DNA of 64,000 nucleotides from Octopus sinensis (lineage: Eukaryota). Shown piece after piece: positions 51,336-64,000 of the stretch. Under the pieces are notes generated by a model. It was not told where the DNA came from. It worked only from the letters and a program-made list of their open reading frames with translations, and did not search any database. The translations under genes were made by a program, and so were the position numbers. The stretch lies in contig NC_043004.1 in the NCBI RefSeq assembly GCF_006345805.1, forward strand, positions 34,658,001 through 34,722,000, in the 5' to 3' direction. Each line of letters starts with the position of its first letter. The first letter of the stretch is position 1.

Positions 51336-51462
51336 ATTTTCTCCAACAACTTTGGCTGGTTTTCTTTAGTGTAATTTATAATCTTACGAGTCACTGGTGT
51401 CATAACTGGTGATGAACGATGAAGTGGAGCGATTGTGCAGAGAAAGTGTGAGGGAAAACATT

Positions 51463-51675
51463 GAGAAGAAGAAGAAGAAGAAGAGGAAGAAGAAGAAGAA
51501 GGAGGAGGAGGAGAAGAAGAAGAAGAAGAAGAAGAAAGAAGAAGAAGAAGAAGAAGAAGAAGAAGAAGAGAAGGAAGAAGAAGAAGAAGAAGAAGAAGAA
51601 GAAGAAGAAGAAGAGAAGGAGGTAGAAGAAGAAGAAGAAGAAGAAGAAGAAGAAGAAGAAGAAGAAGAAGAAGAA
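51463..51675. repeat. (GAA)n polypurine tract
   Basis: About 210 bp, purine-only on + apart from a single T. Confidence 0.98.
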
Positions 51676-51839
51676 TGAATGAATGAATAAGTTTACAGTA
51701 AGAAGAAAAAGAAGTAGAAGAGGCATGTGGCAAAATTGAGAATATCTTTGAAAGATTATCTGAAATTTTCTCCCCACTCTTCAGGGTGTTTCCATTGTCG
51801 TCCACCTCACCCACCTCACCCTGCATGTGTTTTAAGCTG

Positions 51840-52000
51840 CTAAATCAATCGGAAAACAAGCAATAATCAATAATAGGAGTTGATCAGGAAAACCCAATGT
51901 TCTGCTTGATTGGCTGCATATTTAGTTGGTAGCGCTTATGAGTGAAGAACAATTTTTTCTGCTACTTAACAAGGCTGAGACTGTGTGTTATTGGTGTACC
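51840..52000 (+). promoter_or_regulatory. Candidate promoter (CCAAT boxes, X-box-like motif)
   Basis: cccaatg near 51892, reverse CCAAT gattggctg at 51908-51916, and RFX-like tgtaccatggcgac spanning 52001. Unique, non-repeat sequence. Motif-level evidence only. Confidence 0.35.
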
Positions 52001-52096
52001 ATGGCGACGGCGAATCATGGTTGTTCTCTTAAAAGATTAATTATTGAGTTAAAGAGGAAAGCAGCCTTGTCAAGCAACATATCCTTTCATATGGCT
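52001..52096 (+). CDS. Candidate first coding exon, product unknown (MATANHGCSLKRLIIELKRKAALSSNISFHMA)
   Basis: Strong Kozak accATGG, 32 open codons, then a phase-0 consensus donor GCT|GTAAGT at 52097. No homology recognised and no downstream exon identified. Confidence 0.33.
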
Positions 52097-53139
52097 GTAA
52101 GTACAGACTAAGTGTGTATAAACAATGACATCAAGAGGAACAAGAGCAAACAGAAACAGAGGCAAACAACAACAACAATAATAATAATAATAGTTATCAA
52201 CAACATAACGACATCGTCATCATCGTCAATAACAACAACAAGAGTAGCAGTAACAAAACGGTTACAATAAAAAAAAAAACAGCAGAAAGAATAAACAATA
52301 AAATAAATGACAATAATCAGCAATGTTAGAAATAACAATAGAAAGCATAGAATTAGCAACAACAACAACAGCAACAGCAACAATAGCAACAGTAGCTATA
52401 AAATGAACAATAAGGGAAAAGAAAATGAATTTGAAAACAACAACAACAACAACAATATTGAACAAAAAGAAAAGAAATGAAGTTGGAGGGAAGCTGAAGA
52501 GGGAAAAGAGAGAAGCAGATGGAGAAAAAGTATAAAAGGTGGAGCATGTAATAAGTCTGGTGCGTAGAACAATCCGGATATACAACTTGAAAATCACCAA
52601 GGATATCCTCCTAATTGGCCGAACTTTATAAATTATGTATTGATGGAGTTTGAGAGAAACTTTCACTAAACTTGCTTAAAAGTGTTTGTTTCACTTTCAC
52701 TTTCACATTCTCTTGTTGTTGTTGCTTTATGCTTCGGTTGGCAATTTTCAAATTAATATATGGTAAACAAGCAAAGACAAAAGACCATCCAGGCCACTAC
52801 CACCACTGCCGCTGCCGCCACCACCACTACCACCACCGCTGCTGCCACCATCACCATTGCTGTTGCCAGAAGTTGCAAAGGCAGCTAACTTTTCAGCTAC
52901 TACTGCCGTTACACACGTCGCATGAACAACAACAATATTGGCCACAGCAAAAACAAAAGACCACAACAGCAACAACAAGAGCACAAGTTATAAACTAGAT
53001 CATGTTTTATTGAACCATTCTTAAAATGCTTTCCATTTTCTGACGGAGATTTTTGTGTTAATCACATGAAGGATTGAATGAATGTGTGTAGCACAAACAG
53101 TTTTAGCATTGTTACAAGGTCACACATTTTGGAGAAGGC

Positions 53140-53770
53140 TATATGTATGTGTGTGTGTACGTGTGTGTGTACGTGTGTGTGACTCTGTGTGTGTGTGTAT
53201 GTGTGTGACTGTGTGCATGTGTATGTGTATGTGTGCATGTACGTGTGTGTGACTGTGTGCATGTGTGTGTGAGTGTGTGTGTATGTGTGTGTTGTGTGCG
53301 TGTGTGTGTATATGTGTGTGTGTGTACGTGTGTGTGTACGTGTGTGTGACTCTGTGTGTGTGTATGTGTGTGACTGTGTGCATGTGTATGTGTATGTGTG
53401 CATGTACGTGTGTGTGACTGTGTGCATGTGTGTGTGAGTGTGTGTGTATGTGTGTGTTGTGTGCGTGTGTGTGTATATGTGTGTGTGTATGTGTGTTTAT
53501 GTGTATGTGAGTCTGTGTGTGTATGTGTGTATGTGCATGTGTCTGTGTGTGAGTGTACGTATGTGTCTGAGTGTGTGTGTACGTACGTGTGTGCATGCAT
53601 AAGTGTGTGTGTGAGTGTGTATGTGTGTGTATGTGTGTGTATTTGTGTGTTTATATGTAAGTGTGTGTATATGTGTGCATGTATATGTGTGCATGTGTAT
53701 GTGTATGTAAGTGTGTGTGAGTGTGTGTGAGTGTGTGTGTGTGTATATATGTGCATGTGTACGTGTGTGT
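53140..53770. repeat. Degenerate (TG)n array containing a ~167-bp higher-order duplication
   Basis: Marker gtacgtgtgtgtgactct recurs (gactct at 53181 and 53348) with the same downstream variant pattern. Confidence 0.92.
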
Positions 53771-54439
53771 AGTTGGTAAAGTTAATTGCCAGTACTTGAG
53801 CAGTACACTGTTTTATTGCTCCTTACACATCAATGGTAAAGTCTACATCGTTAGGATTTGAACTTGGTGCACAGAGAAAACCACATGGAATTTGTGGGGT
53901 GCTCTACCAATTCTGCTAATTTATGTTACTTCCTTTTAACACTGATAATGCTAAATATTTTAATTTTGGTAGATTTAGGGAAAAAATAAACTTGATCAAC
54001 TCAACTTCAGTACATTTCAGCTTCTGGAAGATTAAGGTAATCCATATTAATTACTTGAAAGATTAACAAAAATGACACAATGGACAGGTATTGAGTTCTT
54101 TTGATCATATGCTTGCTTGATCAGAGTTGAGCCAGAGCTAAACTTCAACAATAGCATCATCATCGTCATCATCATCATCATCATATCATCATCATCATCA
54201 TCATCAACAACAACAACAACAACTCTAGAAGCATGACATCCAAAGACAATATAAAAAAGTTAAGTAAATCTGCCCAGTTCTTTGCAGGTTTTGTTGTTTT
54301 CACATATTTTTGTAATTCTTTAGTAAAGGCAGAAAGGGCAGTATGTGGAAAATCCTTCCAGAGTTTTGTAAGAGGACGGAAGAAAAAACGAAAATTATCC
54401 TATTCCAAGCTTTATGCTTCCCTGTAACTTGAGGTTAAC

Positions 54440-54812
54440 CCTTGGCACATGCTTTCTCACTCTCTCCCCTCCACCCACCCACTCCCAACTGATATAGTCA
54501 CTACTGCAAGGCATCTGCTACTCTTCCTTTATTCATACTCTAACTTCTCATCACCTGGCATAAAGCCCCTTCCCTCAATATCACCTCCGCTTCCTCAATT
54601 GAGGGATCTTTGCCTTGCAAGTTACTCACTGCTGCTAGTGCCACATCAAAAGCACCAAGTACATTCTGTAGAGTGGTTGGCATTAAGATGGGTATTCAGG
54701 CATAAAAACCATGCAAAAATAGGCAGTAGTGTTCAGCACAGTCTTCTGACTTGTCTACTTCTGTCAAACAATCCCGTCTATGTTCCACTACTGATGGAGA
54801 ACATTAAATAAT
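54440..54812 (+). mobile_element. Decayed RTE 3' UTR/family-D remnant
   Basis: C/T-rich UTR, then gagtggttggcattaagatgggtattcag...atggagaacattaaata. Confidence 0.6.
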
Positions 54813-55214
54813 GCAATATGTTGTAATGGCTCTTTGTTTTAGATGCATAGTCAGTTGGCAAGTCGCTGTAGTATTAGTATGTCTAGTTGTTTAGTGTAAT
54901 ACATTCATGACTAGATTTCCCTGTTTGCTTCTGAATTAATAAATTAAGTTAGTCTCCTGGAGTGTATTCAACAGTTTGTAAGCTTGTGGTGTATTATTGG
55001 TTTGACTTTTTAATACTGTTTTTGTTCATGTAATATATTAATAGTGTAACAATGATAACTATTGCGAAATTCATTTCCTCCAGAAAATAAGAATGGGAAC
55101 AATGTGAAATGTTGATGGGCTGTAGTGGGGAAAAAAGAAAGAGAAATTTAAAAAAATTTTGTTTAAAATAAGTTAAAACTAAGGTTATAGCATTTTTGGT
55201 AACATACATTTGGA

Positions 55215-55768
55215 GATATGCTGTGCTTGAAAAGGCCCAGCAACCGTGACCTATGCCAGTGCTGTATAACCAGCCCATTTAAGAGTACCCTTCAATCATT
55301 GGACAATAAATTATGCTTGCGAAGTTCTGTTGAGGCAATTAAAATTGTTGTCGTGTTCGATGACAGTACCGTCTGCTTGACACCTGTGACAGTGGAACAT
55401 TAGAAGCACCATTTGAGTGTGATCATTGCCAGGGTCGCTGACTGCCTTCTGTACCAGTGGCATATCAATAAAGCACAATTGGAGTCTGGTCATTGCCAGT
55501 GCTGCTGGACTGGCTCCTATGCAGGTGGTATGTAAAAAGCACTATTTGAAGGTGGCCGATGCCAGTACTGCCTGGATGGTACTCATGCCGGTGGCACATA
55601 AAAGCACCCACTACACTCTCGGAGTGGTTGGCATTAGGAAGGGCATCCAGCTGTAGAAACTTTGCCAGATCAGATTGGAGACTGGTGCAGCCTTCTGGTT
55701 CACCGGCCCTCTGTGAAACCATCCAACCCATGCCAGCATAGAAAATGGACGCTAAAAGATGATGATGA
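55215..55768 (+). mobile_element. Family-D retroposon, long form
   Basis: Tandem ...gtggcacataaaagcac... subunits plus the family-D tail ending gatgatgatgat. Confidence 0.88.
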
Positions 55769-56663
55769 TACAGATAAGAAACAGATAGATAGAAAGTGTG
55801 TGTGTGTGTGTGAGAGAGAGAGACAGAGAGAGAGACAGAGAGAGAGAGAGAGAAATAGAGAGAGAGAGAGAGCATCTCGTCTTTCTTTCAAACAATAAAA
55901 TGTAATATCATAAAAGAAACAACACATACAAAAATAGCATTAATTTAAATATTCACCTAGAAACAGATCCGCTTGTTGAGGAAGCTATCCTCCTGGCAAC
56001 ATATTCCTAGTCACAGATGGAGTCACATCACAACTGACAGCTTTCATTAGTAATTTTATTCTAAGGGAGGGAAAGTGTTAGAATGGTGGAAAGCTGCAGA
56101 AAATGTTTGTGTGTTTAGTTTAGTCTCTCTGAATTCTCAGTTCCACTTTTTTTTTTCTTTTTTATTCCACTGAGGCTGAACAAATAATTACCAATCATAT
56201 AGGTTTCAGTCAACCCTCGTCATACAAATCTGTGGTTATGAGTCAATATAAAAATTATCATTGAAGAAGGGGATTATTTAAGAGGTGTGGGGTGAATTAC
56301 AGGATCACAGTCATGGGTGCCAGATGGTGATGTGGTTGGAATGTTTGCATTGGTTTCAGGTTCAGTCCCACCATTTGGCAGTTTGGGTAATTGTCTACTA
56401 ATTTCACCTTGGGTCCTCTAAACTCCTGTGTGTAGAGTTTGCTAGATAGAAATAATGTAGAACATCAACAAATGTTCCAGTGTAGTAAAGTTGATTTGTT
56501 TAACATCACTGCACAGCCCAAGGACTTCTTTAGCGGAGTTTGCTCTGTCACAAACATTGGATATGATCTCAGACGCGATACAATAAGTACTGAAATAGTC
56601 TGCAGAGTCATACTTTTAAAATAAATCAACTTGCATCCTTTGCATCCTACAATCTCGTGAGCT

Positions 56664-56970
56664 GTGGAGGCACATGGCTTAGTGGTTAGAGCCGCAGACC
56701 TCACAGTCGAGGGATCGTGGGTTCAAATCTCAGACCGGGCCATGTGTGTGTTTATGAGCGAAACACCTAAACTTCACGTGGTTTCGGCAGAAGGTAATGG
56801 TGAACTTCTTCTGACTCTTTTGCCACAACTTTCTCTCACTCTTTCCTCTTGCATCTTGCAGCTCACCTGCCACGGACCGGCGTCCCATCCAGGTGGGGAA
56901 CCTATACGCCAATGAAACCGGGAAACCGGCCCTTATGAGTCACGCATGGCTCACGAAGGAACAAACAACA
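56664..56970 (+). mobile_element. Family-C tRNA-derived SINE (Meta-domain-like) with 13-bp TSD
   Basis: A box tggcttagtggttag, B box gggttcaaatc, and ggaccggcgtcccatccaggtgggg domain. TSD aatctcgtgagct at 56651-56663 and 56971-56983. Confidence 0.93.
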
Positions 56971-57454
56971 AATCTCGTGAGCTCTTTGTTGAAATTTTTT
57001 TTTCCCCCCCCCCCCCAGCCCACAGAATTGCAAAGACCACACACACACACACACACACTCACACACATGTAATTTAAAATGATTAATTTTATTCTTGCAA
57101 ATTGCAGTCTTGTAGGAATAAAATTAATAAATGTCACAGACTCTGAATGTGAAATGCAAAAATATAAAGAAAAAATTATCATAAAACACAAAATAATTAA
57201 ATCAAGATGTAATTAGAAGGGAATAAAACATGAATCTAGTTATGCTGAGTTGTTAATGCCCTTCATGATCTTGTGTTGTTTGACCATTTCTTAAATTGCA
57301 CACAGGTGTAAACCAAACACACTAATAAGCATTTTAAAGATAAATCTCATCAGTCAAGGCTCATGCCTTGCTGCTTTGCAGCATCCTGTTTCTTCACAAA
57401 CATGATACAATCTACCCTTTACTATGAAATTATAAACCTGATGCTGCTATGATT

Positions 57455-57802
57455 GGCACATGGCTAAGTGGTTAGGGTGTTTGGCTCACAATTGTAAGGT
57501 CATGAGTTCAATTCCCAGTGGCAAATTGTGTCCTTGTGTGTGTGTGTGTGTGTGTACATGTGTGTGTGTGTGTGTGTGCATATATGTATGTCTTTGTGTC
57601 TGCATTTGTCCCCACCACTGCTTGACAACTGGTACTGGTGTGTTTACATCCCCCATAACTTAGCAGTTCGGCAAAAGAAAGTGATAGAATAAATTCCAAA
57701 CTTCAGCAACAAATAGTGAGATTGGTTTGTTTGACTAAAATTCTTTATGGTGGTACTCCAGCATGGCCATGGCCTAATGACTGAAACAAGTAAAAGATAA
57801 AA
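57455..57802 (+). mobile_element. Family-B-related SINE (different tRNA head, same 3' half)
   Basis: tggctaagtggttagg (A box), gagttcaattccc (B box), (TG)n, then cttgacaactggtactggtgtgtttacatcccc...gactgaaacaagtaaaaga. Confidence 0.85.
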
Positions 57803-58871
57803 AATGAAACCCCACAGCAAATTCACCATTTTATAGAATCTATACTTTTAGAATTTTCATACTTAATTTTTAAAAATATTTTGATTTTGCTAATCTTTAT
57901 TCAAAGCAACAACATACATCCATTCTTTAATCAAGAATCAAAAATGATTAAATAGATATCAATGTATTGACAGCTGAATTCATGTTATGGTTAACAATGA
58001 CTCAAAATGTATCAATTTGCGGAATGGTGTGTCTGCAGGTTACTTGGCTAAAAGGTTTATATCTCAAGGCCTAAGTGAACATGTGAGGGATCTGTAAATA
58101 TTTCATGATTTCTTTTAACATATCCATGTAAGTTTAAACATGAATTTCACAATGTTGTACACCATACGGAAGTTTGATGCTTTGATCCATAACATGTGAC
58201 AAGCTAATTTCACAATGGAGATGGTTTAGACACTTTCAAATTCAGATAGATTGCAGTAAAATTAGATTCTCCTGATTTTACCATTCTATGAGATGTTAAT
58301 TATGACATATGTAATTGACGAACAAATTTATCTTTCTCCGGAATGGTGCTCAAATATTAATTCCATAGAAGAGAATCATAGAATAAATATTTAATGTTTA
58401 CAATGCCATCAAGGTATCCGTTGCATTGAAGTTTATATCTTCATGGCTTTAAAATTATGGTAGTGCTCCTTCCTAGCTAGAACACCAGTCTAAGGCACCG
58501 AATATTCCACAATGAATAAATTCATATTTTTAGGATCTCAGAAAAGTGAGGTGGAAAATGACAAAATACAGAACCATAACACTCATTGAAGATTTTAGTG
58601 GAATAGACAGAATCTGCTGATTAACCACTTTATATTCTAAGAAATTTGGTTTCTAGATAAAAGATAATGGAAAGAACTAGAAGTTTGATAATGTGAAATG
58701 TCTTCACTCATATGACATGTAGGTTGTGATTGTAATGAAAAACAAAAGGTTTACTACAACAATTGGCCAGTTTTATTGTTGTTTAATCCCAGGTCAACAC
58801 TAACTCAAAACCCCTATAAACAATTGAGTTCCAGCCTTGACCATCTTGTCTTTTCTTACAAACATAATGCA

Positions 58872-59255
58872 CTAGCAGTATCGCCTGGGGCTTGTTTCGA
58901 CCATTTAGAATTGAAATTTTTGAAAAGTAAAAATTTTGCATTATGTAGCTTGTTATTCTCTTTAAGTGAACATTTTTCTAGTTGAAATACACCGAAAAAT
59001 GGCGACACAGCAGTAAAAAAATCGTAAAGAAAAGAGATTTCCATAGAAAAAAATGCACTTTCTTGATGTAAATAACTTTTGGTGTTAACATGGTCTGATT
59101 TGATTTTTTTATTCTACAGAAGAAAGAGCAAGCCTTCGTCTATCATACTCTCAATTTTGGTCAACTTGCACCGCAGGGTCTTTGAGGAGATAGCGTTAGT
59201 TGAAGGCTACCAAACCTGCCATACACAGACAAATTCAGCTTTATATATAGAGAGA
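58872..59255 (-). mobile_element. Non-autonomous Helitron inserted in a family-E repeat
   Basis: Minus strand begins a|TCtctctatatataaagctg and ends ccaggcgatactgCTAG|t. Inserted at A|T with no TSD. Confidence 0.8.
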
Positions 59256-60309
59256 TTAGTATATGTCAAACTATGTTATCAAATGTGTCATTTTTTTTTA
59301 AAGATGGGTACAGCATGATTTGGAGACTTACCTGCTTTGTCTAGCAGGTTGTGTGACCACAGAGAGGAAGTTATTTTTGTGATATCTGTTGAGATTCGTG
59401 ATCAGAGGGAGACGTACAACCAGGAATGCACTGGTTTGGCAGATTTAAAATTGTTAAATGAATAACTTCATCCTGTGTTCTGGGTGAAAGAGCAAACAAC
59501 CACCTATTTCTGGGTGTCAGCCAAAGAATGTGCTACCAGCAAACACAAGTTCAAATATAATTTCCCATCAAATATTGGATATTTTTCTCTGTGTTAATGT
59601 GATCCTCTGCTTCAAAGAACTATATGACCATAGCATTTTTGAAAAAAAAAAAAAAACAAAGAAGAAAAAAACACCGAAAGGGAAAGAAAAAGAATGAAAC
59701 AAAGACAGATCCAAAGATTAACTGTATGACTGGACATACATCAGTATCCTATACATACATGCACACACATATACATACACACACACACATATGCATAAAC
59801 ATATATAGAGAGAGACACACACACATAAGCATACATACGTACATATATATGTATAGGTATATAGGATATATGAATATATGAATATGTGCATATATAAATG
59901 TGTGTGTGTATATATATATATATACATAATTACATAAGCATGTGTGTGTGTGTACATATATAGATATATTTTTTTGTTCTACCAAACAAGGTTACTTTTC
60001 ACCTGAAGAATTGTACTGAAGAACACAACACAGATGATTGAGTGAAAAACCAGTTTTGTACATATATGCATACATACACACATACACACACATACACATA
60101 CATACATGCATACATACACCCACGCACATACATACGCATGAAACAGAATGGTTGCAAAGGCAATGCGAGGTTAGGTCTCTGTGTTATATTTCAGAGTAAG
60201 TGAACTTTACTTATTGATTTCAATGTTTCAGACAGTTAAGCCATCATTGATGGCATAACTGACTGACACTTCGAAGTCACTTTCAATAATATTCTTGTTT
60301 AAGAATAAT

Positions 60310-60411
<102 letters not shown>

Positions 60412-60699
60412 GAGCAAAATAGCTTGTTCCAAAGTCTCTAAACGAGATTCAAGTAGTAACAGTACTAGATGGTAACACTTCCTTGCCACTATGATATGAT
60501 TCGTCTATATAAAGAGCTATAAAGGTGTAGGAGTGGCTATGTGGTAAGTAGCTTGCTTACGAATCACATGGTTCCGGGTTCAGTCCCAGTGTCTCCTACT
60601 ATAGCTTCGGGCAAGTGTCTTCTACTATAACTTCGGGCCGACCGAAGCCTTGTGAGAGGATTTGGTAGATGGAAACTGAAATAAGCCCATCATATATAT

Positions 60700-60852
60700 G
60701 CCTTTCATATATATGCCTTTCATCCTCTCGGGGTCGATAAAATAAGTACCAGTAGAGTATTGGGAGTCGATATAATCGACTGGCCGCCTCCTCCAAAATT
60801 TCAGGCCTTGTGCCTATGTTAGAAAAGATTATTATTATTATTATTATTATTC
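60700..60852 (+). mobile_element. Family-A SINE 3' part with (TTA)n tail
   Basis: gcctttcatcctctcggggtcgataaaataagtaccag...ggccttgtgcctatgttagaaaagattattatt. Confidence 0.85.
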
Positions 60853-61128
60853 GAGTTTCTGCCATACCCATTTGATTCATTTTGTCTCGCCGCCTTCCTT
60901 CCGCAATACAGACACTTTCTGCCCCTCATTTTCTGTTTCTCGTTGAATAAAATAAATCGAAAGTGAACCAGAGTTTCAAAAAACAGTGACTGGTAGTGTA
61001 TATTAGAGCGAGATTTGTATCAATAAATTGAAATAATTCTTATTGATCAGTTATTTTCTCAAAATTTGGTAGATGAGTTATCAATATACATACATTGTGA
61101 ATGTGATGTGTGTGTGTGTGTGTGTATG

Positions 61129-61159
<31 letters not shown>

Positions 61160-62204
61160 ATACACACACGTTCTCTCATGACACTTACGTTCAAAGGTAA
61201 ATCATCTCATAAGATGGAAACCCTGGTTTAATCTCTACCTGATCAAACAATCAAGGTATAATAGCATATAAATTTATCGATTTAATAATCAGAATGACCT
61301 GGAAAGAGCCTGGATTGTAACACCTTACACTATTACTACAAACTGGCAAATGTTTGATATGGGACAATTTTGGTTTTCATATATAACTCTTAGCATAGCA
61401 TAAAGACCTGGCTTAAAAACTGGTTGTTCCTTGTGGATGTCGGAGCATTTACTTATAAAAGACATTTCTAGTGTGCGTTCAAAATTATACACGAGCTATC
61501 TACAATGTATCCTAATGTTTTGGCAATGTTTTCTTGCCAGATTCTCAGTGACAAAGCACTGACTGACCTCTCTATTTTGCTAAGACTTGCATTGTTCTAT
61601 CAGTCAGCTCCAGAATACTTCTCTAGCATCTTGTCATATATACTTAATACCTTGTGAGCAATCAGATTGATCAAAGCTGATGGATTGCAAGTCAACTAGA
61701 ATTCTACAAGACAAGGCACAGAATGTGTGAGTGGTTGGAAGTTGAACAAAGCACTAACAGGATTTGTTAGATCCCACTTAAAACAATTTTTGTGACATTT
61801 TTCGGAATTTTTTTTTTTTTTTTTAAAGAATTCCACCATCTAGTATCTGATGAATGGTTAAGTTACCTTTGATGGCATTACTTCATAAGCAGTATTTCAC
61901 TCCTTCCTGGAAAAGATCTTAGTTAAACTGACCAAGATTATCTTGGGGATTGACTATGATAACCAATTTTTTCTTGGTGCTCGTCAGAATTATGTTTCTT
62001 GCCAATACAATGGTATGTCTTGAGAAGCAGGGAGGATGACAATGTCCTTGCTATAACAGTGAAATTTTATCTATTTTCAGTCATCTTGTAAATGCTCCAA
62101 CAGTCCCCTGTCTCTCTGGAAGGGATTTGCTTTGTAGTCTGTACAACAAGTCCACTGTAAATGATGCTATCAATTGGCTCCCTTTTTCTATGCCTCGCCT
62201 GGCA

Positions 62205-62405
62205 TCTGTGCAGGTGGCACGTAAAAAGCACCCACTACACTCACGGAGTGGTAGGTGTTAGGAAGGGCATCCAGCTGTAGAAACATTGCCAGATAAGACT
62301 AGAGCCTGGTGCAGTCTTCTGGCTTCCCAGATCCCCGGTCGGACCGTCCAACCCACGCTAGCATGGAGAACGGACGTTAAACGATGATGATGATGATGAT
62401 GATGA
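62205..62405 (+). mobile_element. Family-D retroposon
   Basis: ggtggcacgtaaaaagcacccactacac...ggacgttaaacgatgatgat. Confidence 0.9.
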
Positions 62406-63022
62406 TATATGTATGTGTGTGTATATGTTGACAATTGATGGTAGTGTGTTTACATCCCTGTAACTTAGCAGTTCAGCAAAAGTGGCCAATAGAATAAGTA
62501 CTAGGCTTACAAAGAATAAGTCCTGGGGTTGATTTGCTTGACTAAAGGCAGTGCTCCAGCATGGCCACAGTCAAAATGACTGAAACAAGTAAAAGAGCTA
62601 TGTTACTACATTTTAACCACAGGTAAACATCTTTTCCAGGTGGTTAATGACACACATTCTGTGTGTGATATATTGTGAGTAAGGGAGCGAATCGCTGCCT
62701 CCCCTCCAGCTCGGCAAGACCTGTAGACCATGGTTCCTGGGCCTTTGCCCCTCATTGGTACTCAACACCTGCCAGCTAGAGATAGTAGTCAATCATCCCT
62801 CCTCACAATATATAAAAAGAGAAGTGGCAGACAACTGTTGATCTCATAATGAGCAAAGAAGCAAGTTCTAAAATCTCTAAATGAGATATAAGTAGTAACA
62901 ATACTAGACAGTAATGTTGTTTTGCCACTATAACATGGCTGTTCTATGAAGAACTATGGTATTACATTTTAACCCCAGGAAAACGTCTTTTCAAGCAAGA
63001 CTTTCTTATGATCTTAATATAA

Positions 63023-63366
63023 ATCATCATCATCATCATTTAACGTCCGCTTTCCATGCTAGCATGGGTTGGACGATTTGACTGAGGTCTGGCGAACCAG
63101 ACTCCAATCTCATCTGGCAGAGATTCTACAGCTGGATGCCCTTCCTAATGCCAACCACTCCAAGAGTGTAGTGAGTGCTTTTACATGCCACTGGCACGAG
63201 GGCCAGTTTGGTGGTACTGGCAACGGCCACGCCCAAATGGTGCTTTTTATGTGCCACCTGCACAGGAGCCAGTCCAGCAGCACTGGCGATGAGCTCGCTC
63301 GAATGTTTTACGTGCCCCCAGCACAAATACTAGTACGGTAACGCAGTAACGATCACACTTGAATGG
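63023..63366 (-). mobile_element. Family-D retroposon, long form
   Basis: Reverse-complement homolog of 34500-34885. Confidence 0.9.
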
Positions 63367-63534
63367 TGTAAACATAACAGGCTGGATATTGTCATTTGGG
63401 ACAGAGGGGCAAAGGTATGTACCATCATAGACGTCAGTTGCCCTGCAGATATAAATGCCTCTTTCAAAATCAAAGAAAAGGAGGATATCTATGGACATAT
63501 GCTTCAAAATCTCCAGTTTCTATATCCAAATGAC
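63367..63534 (+). pseudogene. Restriction-like endonuclease (RLE) domain fragment of an R4/Dong-type non-LTR retrotransposon
   Basis: Open frame, absent from the ORF track: CKHNRLDIVIWDRGAKVCTIIDVSCPADINASFKIKEKEDIYGHMLQNLQFLYPND. Fits the RLE pattern HNRPD.....D..CP.D....K..EK...Y, with the P of the PD motif changed to L. Confidence 0.85.
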
Positions 63535-63713
63535 CCACAATACGGACTCTTTGAAATTCAGACAGTTCCAAGTTTCCTTTTGTACATGGTATGATTAAAC
63601 AGTCTCATATTGAACCTGAAGCATAAAAATATCAATTAGTAAAAAGTATAAACCTTTACAAATTAGAATAGACATAAAACGATGTTTATGTTTGTCTATT
63701 TACTTCTGTCATG

Positions 63714-63744
<31 letters not shown>

Positions 63745-64000
63745 TAATAGAAATAATGTACATGTGCATGGAGATAAAATAGAGTTTTACGAGTCCAACA
63801 GCTCAAATGTTTCACATGCCACCAGCACAAAATTATTAATGGTGTTTCATTTCCCTGAACTTGAATACCCAACAAGATTTGTTTGTAGACATACTGCTGG
63901 ATACCATTTTTACTCATGGTACCACGTTTACTGCTAATCTTTTAGCCATGATGTAAGAGTAGAGTTTGGCTATTGGTTATGTGATGCACACATTAGTTTC

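Larger units (their letters stand above)
60523..62591 (+). mobile_element. Family-B SINE split into a 5' half (60523-60700) and a 3' half (~62405-62591) by a ~1.7-kb insert
   Basis: The halves are complementary parts of the family-B consensus. aaagagctat is duplicated at 60511-60520 and 62592-62601, and the host repeat resumes in register after it. Confidence 0.7.

Noticed and set aside
51233-51826. Poly-Glu/Lys, poly-Leu/Ser and poly-Phe ORFs
   Set aside because: Products of the (GAA)n tract, open in several frames on both strands.
55559-55741. Recurrent peptide WHxKAPTTLSEWLALGRASSCRN (also 34656-34841)
   Set aside because: Recurs only because it translates a multi-copy non-coding repeat; frames are not preserved among copies.
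60855-60910. Minus-strand ggcggcgagacaaaATG as a gene start (ORF 60599-60880)
   Set aside because: The ORF runs straight into (AAT)n and SINE sequence, and aaggcggcgag also resembles the family-A SINE 5' end.

Overview
This is AT-rich, repeat-dominated eukaryotic DNA, intronic or intergenic in character. The SINE families and dense (TA)n/(CA)n/(CAT)n tracts suggest an octopus or other coleoid cephalopod; that is an inference from recalled repeat content, not a search result. No intact multi-exon protein-coding gene can be supported, and nearly all listed ORFs are microsatellite or SINE artefacts. Recognisable content: (1) decayed transposase fossils, namely a TIR-bounded DD41D-type Tc1/mariner element, a second Tc1/mariner family and a Sola2-like fragment; (2) decayed non-LTR retrotransposon pieces, namely R4/Dong-like N-terminal and RLE fragments and an RTE 3' end; (3) three tRNA-derived SINE families plus an RTE-tail family, many copies with clean target-site duplications; (4) two non-autonomous Helitrons and piggyBac-like MITEs. 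The most interesting signal is a set of short non-coding elements from several unrelated families that are fold-back (palindromic), carry minimal type-I hammerhead ribozyme cores, or both, as expected for Penelope-like pseudo-LTR derivatives. One family (20082-20585, partial second copy at 22520-22710) holds a tRNA-like Pol III unit between its two ribozyme arms. Also noted: a candidate divergent promoter/first-exon pair at about 50.5-52.1 kb, two isolated hairpins, and a SINE split by a 1.7-kb insert. All coordinates were read by eye and ends may be off by a few bases.
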